Origin: Pseudomonas aeruginosa
GTDB lineage: Bacteria; Pseudomonadota; Gammaproteobacteria; Pseudomonadales; Pseudomonadaceae
Direction of reading: 5' to 3'
NCBI RefSeq assembly: GCF_001457615.1
Contig: NZ_LN831024.1
Span: 360,001-392,000 of the forward strand
Length of the DNA: 32,000 bases
The position numbers and the translations under genes were made by a program. Of the stretch, positions 9,086 through 17,578 are shown in pieces. The notes under the pieces are model-generated. The model saw only the letters and a program-made list of their open reading frames with translations, was not told where the DNA came from and did not search any database. Each line of letters starts with the position of its first letter. Within the stretch, counting starts at the first letter, position 1.

Positions 9086-9288
9086 GGGGTGACTCCATCG
9101 GTTGGCGGGTGGCGGAAGGGCCGCGAGAGCCTTTTGCGAAGGCTCCCACCGGGCCTTGGGAAAGCCCCTAGCCTACCGGCTTTTGCCGGCCCTGTATCCT
9201 CCCCGCACGAGTCGCAAAGCCGCGCGTTGCCGCTATCACAAGCTTTATGGAACAATGCGGGCACATGCGATTTCGAGGATGTCCCAGC

Positions 9289-9768
9289 GTGATCGATTCC
9301 GATGGTTTTCGCCCGAATGTCGGCATCATTCTCGCCAACGAGGCGGGGCAGGTGCTGTGGGCGCGGCGTATCAATCAGGAAGCCTGGCAGTTCCCGCAGG
9401 GAGGCATCAATGATCGCGAAACGCCGGAAGAGGCGCTGTATCGCGAATTGAACGAAGAAGTCGGGCTGGAGGCCGGGGACGTGCGCATCCTGGCCTGCAC
9501 CCGCGGCTGGCTGCGCTACCGTTTGCCGCAGCGCCTGGTGCGGACCCACAGCCAGCCGCTGTGCATCGGCCAGAAGCAGAAATGGTTCCTGCTGCGGCTG
9601 ATGTCCGACGAGGCGCGCGTGCGCATGGATATCACCAGCAAGCCCGAGTTCGACGGCTGGCGCTGGGTGAGTTACTGGTACCCCCTGGGACAGGTGGTGA
9701 CCTTCAAGCGCGAGGTCTACCGCCGCGCCCTGAAGGAACTGGCCCCGCGCCTTCTGGCGCGGGACTGA
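9289..9768 (+). CDS. rppH: RNA pyrophosphohydrolase (Nudix)
   Basis: GTG 9289 with GAGGA upstream gives 159 aa: (M)[14 protein letters not shown].... Nudix box is [23 protein letters not shown]. It lies 22 nt upstream of ptsP, the classic rppH-ptsP arrangement. Confidence 0.9.
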   Translation: MIDSDGFRPNVGIILANEAGQVLWARRINQEAWQFPQGGINDRETPEEALYRELNEEVGLEAGDVRILACTRGWLRYRLPQRLVRTHSQPLCIGQKQKWFLLRLMSDEARVRMDITSKPEFDGWRWVSYWYPLGQVVTFKREVYRRALKELAPRLLARD

Positions 9769-9790
9769 ACACGGAGACAAGGCCCCGAGC

Positions 9791-12070
9791 ATGCTCAACA
9801 CGCTGCGCAAGATCGTCCAGGAAGTGAACTCCGCCAAGGATCTGAAGGCGGCGCTGGGCATCATCGTGCAGCGGGTCAAGGAAGCCATGGGTACCCAGGT
9901 CTGCTCGGTGTACCTGCTCGACACCGAGACCCAGCGTTTCGTCCTGATGGCCACCGAAGGCCTCAACAAGCGTTCCATCGGCAAGGTCAGCATGGCTCCC
10001 AGCGAAGGCCTGGTCGGCCTGGTCGGCACCCGCGAGGAGCCGCTCAACCTGGAGAACGCCGCCGCCCACCCGCGCTACCGCTATTTCGCCGAGACCGGCG
10101 AGGAGCGCTACGCGTCGTTCCTCGGCGCGCCGATCATCCACCATCGGCGGGTGATGGGGGTGCTGGTGGTGCAGCAGAAGGAGCGCCGCCAGTTCGACGA
10201 AGGCGAGGAAGCCTTCCTCGTCACCATGAGCGCCCAGCTCGCCGGGGTCATCGCGCATGCCGAGGCGACCGGTTCGATCCGCGGCCTGGGCAAGCTCGGC
10301 AAGGGCATCCAGGAAGCCAAGTTCGTCGGCGTGCCCGGCGCCCCCGGGGTCGGGGTGGGCAAGGCGGTGGTGGTGTTGCCGCCGGCCGACCTGGAAGTGG
10401 TGCCGGACAAGCAGGTCGACGACATCGACGCCGAGATCGCCCTGTTCAAGCAGGCCCTGGAGGGCGTTCGCGCCGACATGCGCGCGCTGTCGAGCAAGCT
10501 CGCCAGCCAGCTGCGCAAGGAAGAACGCGCGCTGTTCGACGTCTACCTGATGATGCTCGACGATGCCTCCATCGGCAACGAGGTCAAGCGCATCATCCGT
10601 ACCGGCCAGTGGGCCCAGGGCGCCCTGCGCCAGGTGGTGATGGAGCACGTGCAGCGCTTCGAGCTGATGGACGACGCCTATCTCCGCGAGCGCGCCTCCG
10701 ACGTCAAGGACATAGGTCGCCGCCTGCTCGCCTACCTCCAGGAAGAGCGCAAGCAGAACCTGACCTACCCGGAACAGACCATCATCGTCAGCGAGGAGCT
10801 GTCGCCGGCGATGCTCGGCGAGGTGCCGGAAGGGCGCCTGGTCGGCCTGGTCTCGGTGCTCGGCTCGGGCAACTCGCACGTGGCGATCCTCGCCCGTGCC
10901 ATGGGCATCCCCACGGTGATGGGGGCGGTCGACCTGCCGTACTCCAAGGTCGACGGCATCGACCTGATCGTCGATGGCTACCACGGCGAGGTCTACACCA
11001 ACCCCTCCGCCGAGCTGGTGCGCCAGTACAGCGACGTGGTCGCCGAGGAGCGCGAGCTGAGCAAGGGCCTGGCGGCCCTGCGCGAGCTGCCCTGCGAGAC
11101 CCTCGACGGCCACCGCATGCCGCTCTGGGTCAACACCGGCCTGCTCGCCGATGTCGCCCGCGCCCAGGAGCGTGGCGCCGAGGGCGTGGGCCTGTACCGC
11201 ACCGAAGTGCCGTTCATGATCAACGACCGCTTCCCCAGCGAGAAGGAACAGTTGGCGATCTACCGCGAGCAGCTCAGTGCCTTCCACCCGCTGCCGGTGA
11301 CCATGCGCACCCTGGATATCGGCGGCGACAAGGCGCTGTCCTACTTCCCGATCAAGGAAGACAACCCGTTCCTCGGCTGGCGCGGCATCCGCGTCACCCT
11401 CGACCACCCGGAGATCTTCCTGGTCCAGACCCGCGCCATGCTCAAGGCCAGCGAAGGACTGGACAACCTGCGCATCCTGCTGCCGATGATCTCCGGCACC
11501 CACGAGCTGGAAGAGGCCCTGCACCTGATCCACCGCGCCTGGGGCGAGGTGCGCGACGAGGGCGTGGACATCGCCATGCCGCCCATCGGCATGATGGTCG
11601 AGATTCCCGCCGCCGTGTACCAGACCCGCGAGCTGGCCCGCCAGGTCGACTTCCTTTCGGTCGGTTCGAACGACCTGACCCAGTACCTGCTGGCGGTCGA
11701 CCGCAACAATCCGCGGGTCGCCGACCTCTACGACTACCTGCATCCGGCCGTTCTGCATGCGTTGAAGAAGGTGGTCGACGATGCCCACCTGGAAGGCAAG
11801 CCGGTGAGCATCTGCGGCGAGATGGCCGGCGATCCCGCGGCTGCCGTGCTGCTGATGGCGATGGGCTTCGACAGCCTGTCGATGAACGCCACCAACCTGC
11901 CCAAGGTGAAGTGGCTGCTGCGCCAGATCACCCTGGACAAGGCCCGGGACCTGCTCGGCCAGTTGCTCACCTTCGACAACCCGCAGGTCATCCACAGCTC
12001 GCTGCACCTGGCGTTGCGCAACCTCGGCCTGGGTCGCGTGATCAACCCGGCGGCTACCGTCCAGCCCTGA
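9791..12070 (+). CDS. ptsP: Phosphoenolpyruvate-protein phosphotransferase EI-Ntr (GAF + PEP-utilising domains)
   Basis: 759 aa with an N-terminal GAF domain, the phospho-histidine loop GSGNSHVAILARAMGIP, and a C-terminal PEP-binding TIM barrel (LSVGSNDLTQY, CGEMAGDP). Confidence 0.95.
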   Translation: MLNTLRKIVQEVNSAKDLKAALGIIVQRVKEAMGTQVCSVYLLDTETQRFVLMATEGLNKRSIGKVSMAPSEGLVGLVGTREEPLNLENAAAHPRYRYFAETGEERYASFLGAPIIHHRRVMGVLVVQQKERRQFDEGEEAFLVTMSAQLAGVIAHAEATGSIRGLGKLGKGIQEAKFVGVPGAPGVGVGKAVVVLPPADLEVVPDKQVDDIDAEIALFKQALEGVRADMRALSSKLASQLRKEERALFDVYLMMLDDASIGNEVKRIIRTGQWAQGALRQVVMEHVQRFELMDDAYLRERASDVKDIGRRLLAYLQEERKQNLTYPEQTIIVSEELSPAMLGEVPEGRLVGLVSVLGSGNSHVAILARAMGIPTVMGAVDLPYSKVDGIDLIVDGYHGEVYTNPSAELVRQYSDVVAEERELSKGLAALRELPCETLDGHRMPLWVNTGLLADVARAQERGAEGVGLYRTEVPFMINDRFPSEKEQLAIYREQLSAFHPLPVTMRTLDIGGDKALSYFPIKEDNPFLGWRGIRVTLDHPEIFLVQTRAMLKASEGLDNLRILLPMISGTHELEEALHLIHRAWGEVRDEGVDIAMPPIGMMVEIPAAVYQTRELARQVDFLSVGSNDLTQYLLAVDRNNPRVADLYDYLHPAVLHALKKVVDDAHLEGKPVSICGEMAGDPAAAVLLMAMGFDSLSMNATNLPKVKWLLRQITLDKARDLLGQLLTFDNPQVIHSSLHLALRNLGLGRVINPAATVQP

Positions 12071-12078
12071 TTTCCCGC

Positions 12079-12104
12079 GCGCCGGACGCTTCGTCGTGCG
12101 GCGC
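12079..12104 (+). terminator. Hairpin after ptsP (candidate terminator of rppH-ptsP)
   Basis: GCGCCGGACG-cttcgt-CGTGCGGCGC forms 9 of 10 pairs, followed by TTACGCTTTCC. It starts 9 nt after the ptsP stop. Confidence 0.45.
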
Positions 12105-12188
12105 TTACGCTTTCCCCGCAAGCGTATAGACTGCCTGCCATTCGGTAGAGGCCACTGGCCAGTCGAACGTGCGAGGGATTGCCGCAAA

Positions 12189-13226
12189 ATGGACGAACGG
12201 GCGTCGAAGCCGCCAGGTCTTCTTCCGCTGTCACGCGAAGACCTTGAGAAAACCCTGCGATATGCCCTGGAGATCGTCAGCGACGGGATCTGGGACTGGA
12301 ACATCGCGACCAACCAGGTCAGCCGCAGCGCCGGCTGGTACCTGATGCTCGGCTATCCGCCGCATAGCCTGCCGGAGAGCGTGGAGACCTGGAAGAGCAT
12401 CATCCATCCCGAGGACTATCCGCGGGTGATGGCCAGCTTCCAGGCCTACCTCGACGGCGAAAGCCCGGAATACTGCGAGGAATACCGCTGCCGCACCTAC
12501 AGCGGGGATTACCTGTGGATCAGCGATCGCGGGCGTTTCGTCGAGTTCGACGAGCGCGGCGAGCCGCGGCGGATGATCGGTGCGCACCACGAGATCCATC
12601 AGCGCAAGCTGGTCGAGCTGGAGTTGCAGCAGCGCAACGAGGAACTGTTCGACTGGAACCTGCGTCTCGAGGAACTGGTGGCCGAGCGCACCGAGGCGCT
12701 GCACCGGGTCAACCAGGCGCTGGCCTCGAAGATGGCCGAGGCCCAGCGCCTGAGCGAAATCGATCCGCTCACCGAGCTGTACAACCGACGCAAGTTCGAG
12801 CAGTGCCTGCACCATGAATGGATGCGCCGGCAGCGCCATGGACGCGCCACGGCACTGGTGATGATCGATGTCGATCACTTCAAGCGGATCAACGACCTGT
12901 TCGGCCACTCCACCGGTGATCGCGTGCTGGTCGCCTTCGGCCGCCTGGTTGCCAGCGAGCTGCGCGAGGTCGACGTGCTGGCGCGTTGGGGTGGCGAGGA
13001 GTTCATCCTGCTGCTCCCGGAAACCGGCCTGGAGGCCGCGGCGGCCTTGGCCGAACGCCTGCGCCAGCGGGTTCGCTCGCAGTCCTTCGAGATGGGCGAG
13101 CGGTTGACCGCCAGCTTTGGCGTCGGCGTGCTGAATGATGGCGAGACCCTCGACCTGCTGCTGTGCCGGGTGGACGACGCCCTCTATCGGGCCAAGCAGC
13201 GTCGCGATTGCGTGGCCTGTTGCTGA
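12189..13226 (+). CDS. PAS-GGDEF diguanylate cyclase with intact I-site
   Basis: ATG 12189 with GAGGGA upstream gives 345 aa. It has a PAS fold (DGIWDWNIATN...YRCRTYSGDYLWISDRG), a coiled linker, and a GGDEF domain with active-site GGEEF. RxxD (REVD) sits five residues upstream. Confidence 0.9.
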   Translation: MDERASKPPGLLPLSREDLEKTLRYALEIVSDGIWDWNIATNQVSRSAGWYLMLGYPPHSLPESVETWKSIIHPEDYPRVMASFQAYLDGESPEYCEEYRCRTYSGDYLWISDRGRFVEFDERGEPRRMIGAHHEIHQRKLVELELQQRNEELFDWNLRLEELVAERTEALHRVNQALASKMAEAQRLSEIDPLTELYNRRKFEQCLHHEWMRRQRHGRATALVMIDVDHFKRINDLFGHSTGDRVLVAFGRLVASELREVDVLARWGGEEFILLLPETGLEAAAALAERLRQRVRSQSFEMGERLTASFGVGVLNDGETLDLLLCRVDDALYRAKQRRDCVACC

Positions 13227-13229
13227 AGG

Positions 13230-13985
13230 TCAGCCTGGCGGCAGCACCAGGCTGACCTCGCCGAGCCGGGCGCCGGACGGCCCGAAGCTGCGCTCGATCA
13301 TCTCCCGCGTGCCGTCGGCGTGTACCCGTACGACGCTGCTGGCGCGAGTGCCGTAGCTCGGGCTGGCGATGAACACGCTGGAGAGCAGGCGTTCCGTGGC
13401 CAGACCCACGCCGGTATCCGGCAACTGGCCGTCGGCGGCCGGCGCTGCGTCGGCCAGCAGCTCCATCAGGGCCTGCGGATGCGGCTCGGCAAGCCGCTCG
13501 GCGAGGGCGGCGCGAGCCTTGAGCAGCTTCGGCCAGGGCGTATCGAGGGCCGCGTTGGACAGCCCGTAGATCCCCGCCGGCAGCAGGCGCGGTGGCCCTA
13601 CGCGGGGGTTGTAGTGCCAGAGCTGATGGCGATCGCCAATGAGCAGGTTGAAGCCGGAATAGTCCGCGGCGCGCCCGGCGACCTGCGCCAGGTAGTCGGC
13701 CGGGTTGCCGCCGCCGCGCAGGAAGTCCGCCACCAGTTCGCCACGGGAGCGCTTGCCGAGAGCCTGCGACGGATCGCGGACGTTGGTCAGGGCGGCGAAA
13801 CGGCCGGCCGGGCCGAGCCCCAGCCAGGTGCCGCCGGCCTCCAGGTCGCGTCCGGCGAATACCCCCTCGGCGTCCTCCCAGGCCGCCAGCGGCAGGCTCG
13901 GGCGGGCATAGAATTCGTCACGGTTGGCGGCGACCAGCAGCGGCAGGGCGTGCCCCGGTTGCCAGGCGAAGACGATCAGGCACAT
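13230..13985 (-). CDS. NRDE-family protein (TANGO2/DUF833-like)
   Basis: I start at the internal ATG 13985 (AAGGA upstream), giving MCLIVFAW... with Cys2. The literal NRDE motif is present (LLVAANRDEFY). 251 aa. Confidence 0.75.
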   Translation of the reverse strand: MCLIVFAWQPGHALPLLVAANRDEFYARPSLPLAAWEDAEGVFAGRDLEAGGTWLGLGPAGRFAALTNVRDPSQALGKRSRGELVADFLRGGGNPADYLAQVAGRAADYSGFNLLIGDRHQLWHYNPRVGPPRLLPAGIYGLSNAALDTPWPKLLKARAALAERLAEPHPQALMELLADAAPAADGQLPDTGVGLATERLLSSVFIASPSYGTRASSVVRVHADGTREMIERSFGPSGARLGEVSLVLPPG

Positions 13986-14106
13986 GCGCGATCCTTGGGA
14001 TGGGCTGGCCGTCAGGCTAAAGGCATCCGCCATCGCCGTTCAAGCACGACGCCTGCCGCACGGCGCGCAATTCCGTTACCATGCCGGCTTTCCAACGGGG
14101 GCGTGC

Positions 14107-14910
14107 ATGGAGTTTCTCCTCTATATCGTGCTGGGCGCCTGTGCCGGCGTGCTGGCCGGACTGTTCGGCGTCGGCGGCGGCCTGATCATCGTCCCGGCGC
14201 TGGTCTTCAGCTTCACCGCGCACGGTTTCGGCGGCGACGTCCTGACCCAGATGGCGGTCGGCACCTCCCTGGCGACCATCGTCTTCACTTCGATCAATTC
14301 CATTCTCGAACACCATCGGCGCGGCGCGGTGCGCTGGCCGGTGTTCGCCTGGATGACCCTCGGCATCCTCATCGGCAGTGCCCTCGGCGCGCTGACCGCG
14401 GCGCAGATCAAGGGGCCGCTGTTGCAGAAGATAATCGGGGTGTTCGCCATCCTGGTCGCTTTGCAGATGGTTCTCGACCTCAAGCCCAAGGGTAGCCGCG
14501 AGGTGCCCGGCAAGGGCGGCCTGACCCTGGCCGGCGCGGTGATCGGCTGGGCCTCGGCGATCTTCGGCATCGGCGGCGGTTCGCTGACCGTGCCTTTCCT
14601 CAGTTGGCGCAGCGTGCCGATGCAGCAGGCGGTGGCGACTTCCTCGGCCTGCGGCCTTCCTATCGCCATTTCCGGCGCTCTGTCGTTCATCGCGGTCGGC
14701 TGGCACAACCCGCAGTTGCCGGAGTGGAGCCTGGGCTACGTCTATCTGCCGGCGTTGGTCGGCATCGCCGCCACCAGTATGCTGTTCGCCCGCTTCGGCG
14801 CGCGCCTGGCGCATCGTTTGTCGCCGCGCGTACTCAAGCGACTGTTCGCCCTGCTGCTGTTCAGCGTGGGCATAAGTTTCCTGACCCCCGATCTCGCTTT
14901 TCTGTCGTAG
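14107..14910 (+). CDS. TauE/SafE-family membrane transporter (sulfite-exporter-like)
   Basis: 267 aa, about 8 TM, with two internal repeats each containing the GxGGG motif (LFGVGGGLIIVP and IFGIGGGSLTVP). Confidence 0.8.
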   Translation: MEFLLYIVLGACAGVLAGLFGVGGGLIIVPALVFSFTAHGFGGDVLTQMAVGTSLATIVFTSINSILEHHRRGAVRWPVFAWMTLGILIGSALGALTAAQIKGPLLQKIIGVFAILVALQMVLDLKPKGSREVPGKGGLTLAGAVIGWASAIFGIGGGSLTVPFLSWRSVPMQQAVATSSACGLPIAISGALSFIAVGWHNPQLPEWSLGYVYLPALVGIAATSMLFARFGARLAHRLSPRVLKRLFALLLFSVGISFLTPDLAFLS

Positions 14911-14919
14911 GAGTTATCG

Positions 14920-15720
14920 ATGCTGACGTATCCCCAGATCGATCCGGTTGCGCTGGCCATCGGCCCGCTGAAGATCCACTGGTACGGGCTGATGTACCTG
15001 ATCGGGATCGGCGGCGCCTGGCTGCTGGCGTCGCGCCGGATGAAGCGCTTCGACCCGACCTGGACCAAGGAGCGCCTTTCCGACCTGGTCTTCTGGGTCG
15101 CCTGCGGCGTGATCCTCGGTGGCCGCCTGGGCTACGTGCTGTTCTACAACCTGGACGAGTACATCGCCAACCCGACGCTGATCTTCGAGGTCTGGAAAGG
15201 CGGCATGTCCTTCCATGGCGGCCTGCTCGGCGTGATGCTGGCGGTCTGGTGGTTCGGCAAGCGCCATGGCAAGAGCTTCTTCCAGCTGATGGACTTCATC
15301 GCCCCGCTGGTGCCCATCGGCCTGGGCGCCGGGCGCATCGGCAACTTCATCAACTCGGAACTGTGGGGCAAGGTCAGCGATGTGCCCTGGGCCATGGTCT
15401 TCCCCAACGGCGGCCCGCTGCCGCGGCATCCCTCGCAGCTGTACCAGTTCGCCCTGGAAGGCGTGGCGCTGTTCGTCATCCTCTGGCTGTTCACCCGCAA
15501 GCCACGGCCGACCGCCTCGGTCTCCGGCCTGTTCGTGCTGTGCTACGGGATCTTCCGCTTCGTCGTCGAATTCGTCCGCGTGCCGGATGCCCAGCTCGGC
15601 TACCTCGCCTGGGGTTGGCTGACCATGGGCCAGGTGCTCTGCGTACCGATGGTGCTGGCCGGCATTGCCCTGATGGTCTGGGCCTACCGCCGCGACGCGG
15701 CGCAGCCGAAGGCGGCCTGA
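14920..15720 (+). CDS. lgt: Prolipoprotein diacylglyceryl transferase
   Basis: 266 aa: [49 protein letters not shown] overlaps the stop of the upstream TauE gene, with a 9-nt spacer. Confidence 0.95.
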   Translation: MLTYPQIDPVALAIGPLKIHWYGLMYLIGIGGAWLLASRRMKRFDPTWTKERLSDLVFWVACGVILGGRLGYVLFYNLDEYIANPTLIFEVWKGGMSFHGGLLGVMLAVWWFGKRHGKSFFQLMDFIAPLVPIGLGAGRIGNFINSELWGKVSDVPWAMVFPNGGPLPRHPSQLYQFALEGVALFVILWLFTRKPRPTASVSGLFVLCYGIFRFVVEFVRVPDAQLGYLAWGWLTMGQVLCVPMVLAGIALMVWAYRRDAAQPKAA

Positions 15721-15730
15721 GCCGCTTTTC
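15711..15730 (+). terminator. Small hairpin + T-run overlapping the lgt stop codon
   Basis: GGCGGC-ctga-GCCGCT followed by TTTTC. The short stem makes this only moderately convincing. Confidence 0.4.
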
Positions 15731-15738
15731 GTGCCCGG

Positions 15739-15770
15739 GGCGGATAACGTCGCAGGCGTCATCCGCTCCG
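15739..15770 (-). repeat. REP-like imperfect palindrome, copy R1 (lgt-thyA spacer)
   Basis: Plus strand reads GGCGGATAACGtcgcaggCGTCATCCGCtccg, with stem GCGGATAACG/CGTCATCCGC (9 of 10 pairs). The reverse complement aligns with R3 and R4: CGGAGCGGATGACGCCTGCGACGTTATCCGCC. Confidence 0.6.
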
Positions 15771-15925
15771 GGCAGCCGGCTTTCCGCTCCAGGGCGTGCA
15801 TGGCTTGCGCCGGTCGCGCCGAACTGGCGATGCAGGCTCCGTCGCCGTAGACTTGGCCATCCTTCTGTCATCCCTCGGTGGGAGCCGCCACGTCGGCGCC
15901 GCACCGATATCGATCCGAGCCTCCG

Positions 15926-16720
15926 ATGAAACAGTACCTCGACCTGATGCGCCACGTGCGCGAGCACGGCACCTTCAAGAGCGACCGCACCGGCACCGGC
16001 ACCTATAGCGTGTTCGGCCACCAGATGCGCTTCGACCTGGCCGCGGGCTTCCCCCTGGTGACCACCAAGAAGTGCCACCTCAAGTCGATCGTCCACGAGC
16101 TGCTGTGGTTCCTCAAGGGCTCCACCAATATCGCCTACCTCAAGGAGCACGGCGTCTCGATCTGGGACGAATGGGCCGACGAGAACGGCGACCTCGGCCC
16201 GGTGTATGGCTACCAGTGGCGCTCCTGGCCGGCGCCGGACGGCCGCCACATCGACCAGATCGCCAACCTGATGGCGATGCTGAAGAAGAATCCGGACTCG
16301 CGCCGGCTGATCGTCTCCGCCTGGAACCCGGCGCTGATCGACGAGATGGCCCTGCCGCCCTGCCACGCGCTGTTCCAGTTCTACGTCGCCGACGGCAAGC
16401 TCAGCTGCCAGCTCTACCAACGTTCGGCGGACATCTTCCTCGGCGTACCCTTCAATATCGCCAGCTATGCCCTGCTGACCCTGATGGTGGCGCAGGTCGC
16501 CGGCCTGCAGCCGGGCGAGTTCATCTGGACCGGCGGCGATTGCCACCTGTACGCCAACCACCTGGAGCAGGCCGACCTGCAGCTGACCCGCGAGCCGCTG
16601 CCGTTGCCGAGCATGAAGCTGAATCCCGAGGTGAAGGATCTGTTCGACTTTCGCTTCGAGGACTTCGAGCTGGTCGGCTACGAGGCCCATCCGCACATCA
16701 AGGCACCGGTCGCGGTCTGA
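15926..16720 (+). CDS. thyA: Thymidylate synthase (ThyA type)
   Basis: 264 aa from the internal ATG 15926: [11 protein letters not shown].... Catalytic Cys lies in [12 protein letters not shown], with DRTGTGT and the C-terminal IKAPVAV. Confidence 0.97.
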
Positions 16721-16727
16721 CCCTTCG

Positions 16728-16746
16728 GCGGAGCCGTCGGCTCCGC
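16728..16746. terminator. GC hairpin between convergent thyA and the methyltransferase gene
   Basis: GCGGAGCC-gtc-GGCTCCGC (8-bp perfect stem). There is no U-tract on either strand. It fills the 26-nt gap between the two stop codons. Confidence 0.3.
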
Positions 16747-17544
16747 TCAACCGAACAGGCGACGGTACCAGGGAAGCGCGCGCCAGTCCCGCAAAGCCCG
16801 CTCCGCATCTTCTGCGCGTTGCAGCGCCTGTTCCAGGGCCTGCTCCAGCGGAGCGACCGGATGGCTCATGGCATGGCCATGGCAGAGCTGGAAGTCGTCC
16901 AGCAGGTTCGGCGGTAGCGCGAAGGCGCCTTCCAGGCGGGCCTGTTCCTCCGCCAGGTAATAGCCGTTGAGGCCGTCGAAGTGGACGAAACGGTAGCCCG
17001 CGGCGAGCAGCGGCGCTTTCCACTCGGGGTCGTGGTCGAATGGAGTTTCCGCGAGGATCAGCCACGGGCGCCAGCGGTTCAGGTCGAGGCCGCGGAGCAC
17101 CGCGCCTTCCAGCCCTTCGACGTCGATCTTGAGGAAGTGGATCGGCCCTTCGACATGGGCCGCGCAGATCGCGTCCAGGGTGCTGACCTTCACTTCGCGC
17201 GGGGTGGCCGTGCAGCCCTCGGCCTGGCGCTGGCGGGTTAGCTCGGGGTCCAGGGTGGAGAGACCCGAGGCGGCCATCTCGTAGAGCGTGGCGCGGCCTT
17301 CGCGCTCGCCAATGGCGAGGTTCAGGTTGAGGTCTTCCGGCCGTTCCCGCTCCAGCTCGCGGTGCAGGTGGGGCAGCGGTTCGATGTTGATGCCGCGCCA
17401 GCCGCGCTCGTAGAACGCCAGGGTGACCGAGTCGATCCGCGGGTGGTTGGCGCCGACGTCGATGTAGAACCCCCTGGGGAAGAGTTTCAGGGCCCGCCAG
17501 AGTCGGACGTCTTCCAGGTTCTGCGCGTAGGAAACGAAGGGCAT
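16747..17544 (-). CDS. FkbM-family SAM-dependent methyltransferase
   Basis: 265 aa. YIDVGANHP (glycine-rich SAM loop) and FLKIDVEGLEGAVLRG are the two signature blocks I associate with FkbM/Methyltransf_21. AAGAGG SD lies 7 nt upstream. Confidence 0.7.
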   Translation of the reverse strand: MPFVSYAQNLEDVRLWRALKLFPRGFYIDVGANHPRIDSVTLAFYERGWRGINIEPLPHLHRELERERPEDLNLNLAIGEREGRATLYEMAASGLSTLDPELTRQRQAEGCTATPREVKVSTLDAICAAHVEGPIHFLKIDVEGLEGAVLRGLDLNRWRPWLILAETPFDHDPEWKAPLLAAGYRFVHFDGLNGYYLAEEQARLEGAFALPPNLLDDFQLCHGHAMSHPVAPLEQALEQALQRAEDAERALRDWRALPWYRRLFG

Positions 17545-17578
17545 GGGCCTACCTCTTGGGCGATCGTCGCCCAGTCTG

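Noticed and set aside
9704-12313. 869-aa minus-strand ORF opposite ptsP (and the 506-aa plus-strand alternative frame 10609..12129)
   Set aside because: ptsP is colinear with EI-Ntr over 759 aa. The competing frames give Arg/Pro/Gly-rich nonsense without motifs.
15491-17065. 524-aa minus-strand ORF opposite thyA
   Set aside because: Antisense to thymidylate synthase. It also runs across the thyA/methyltransferase convergent junction.
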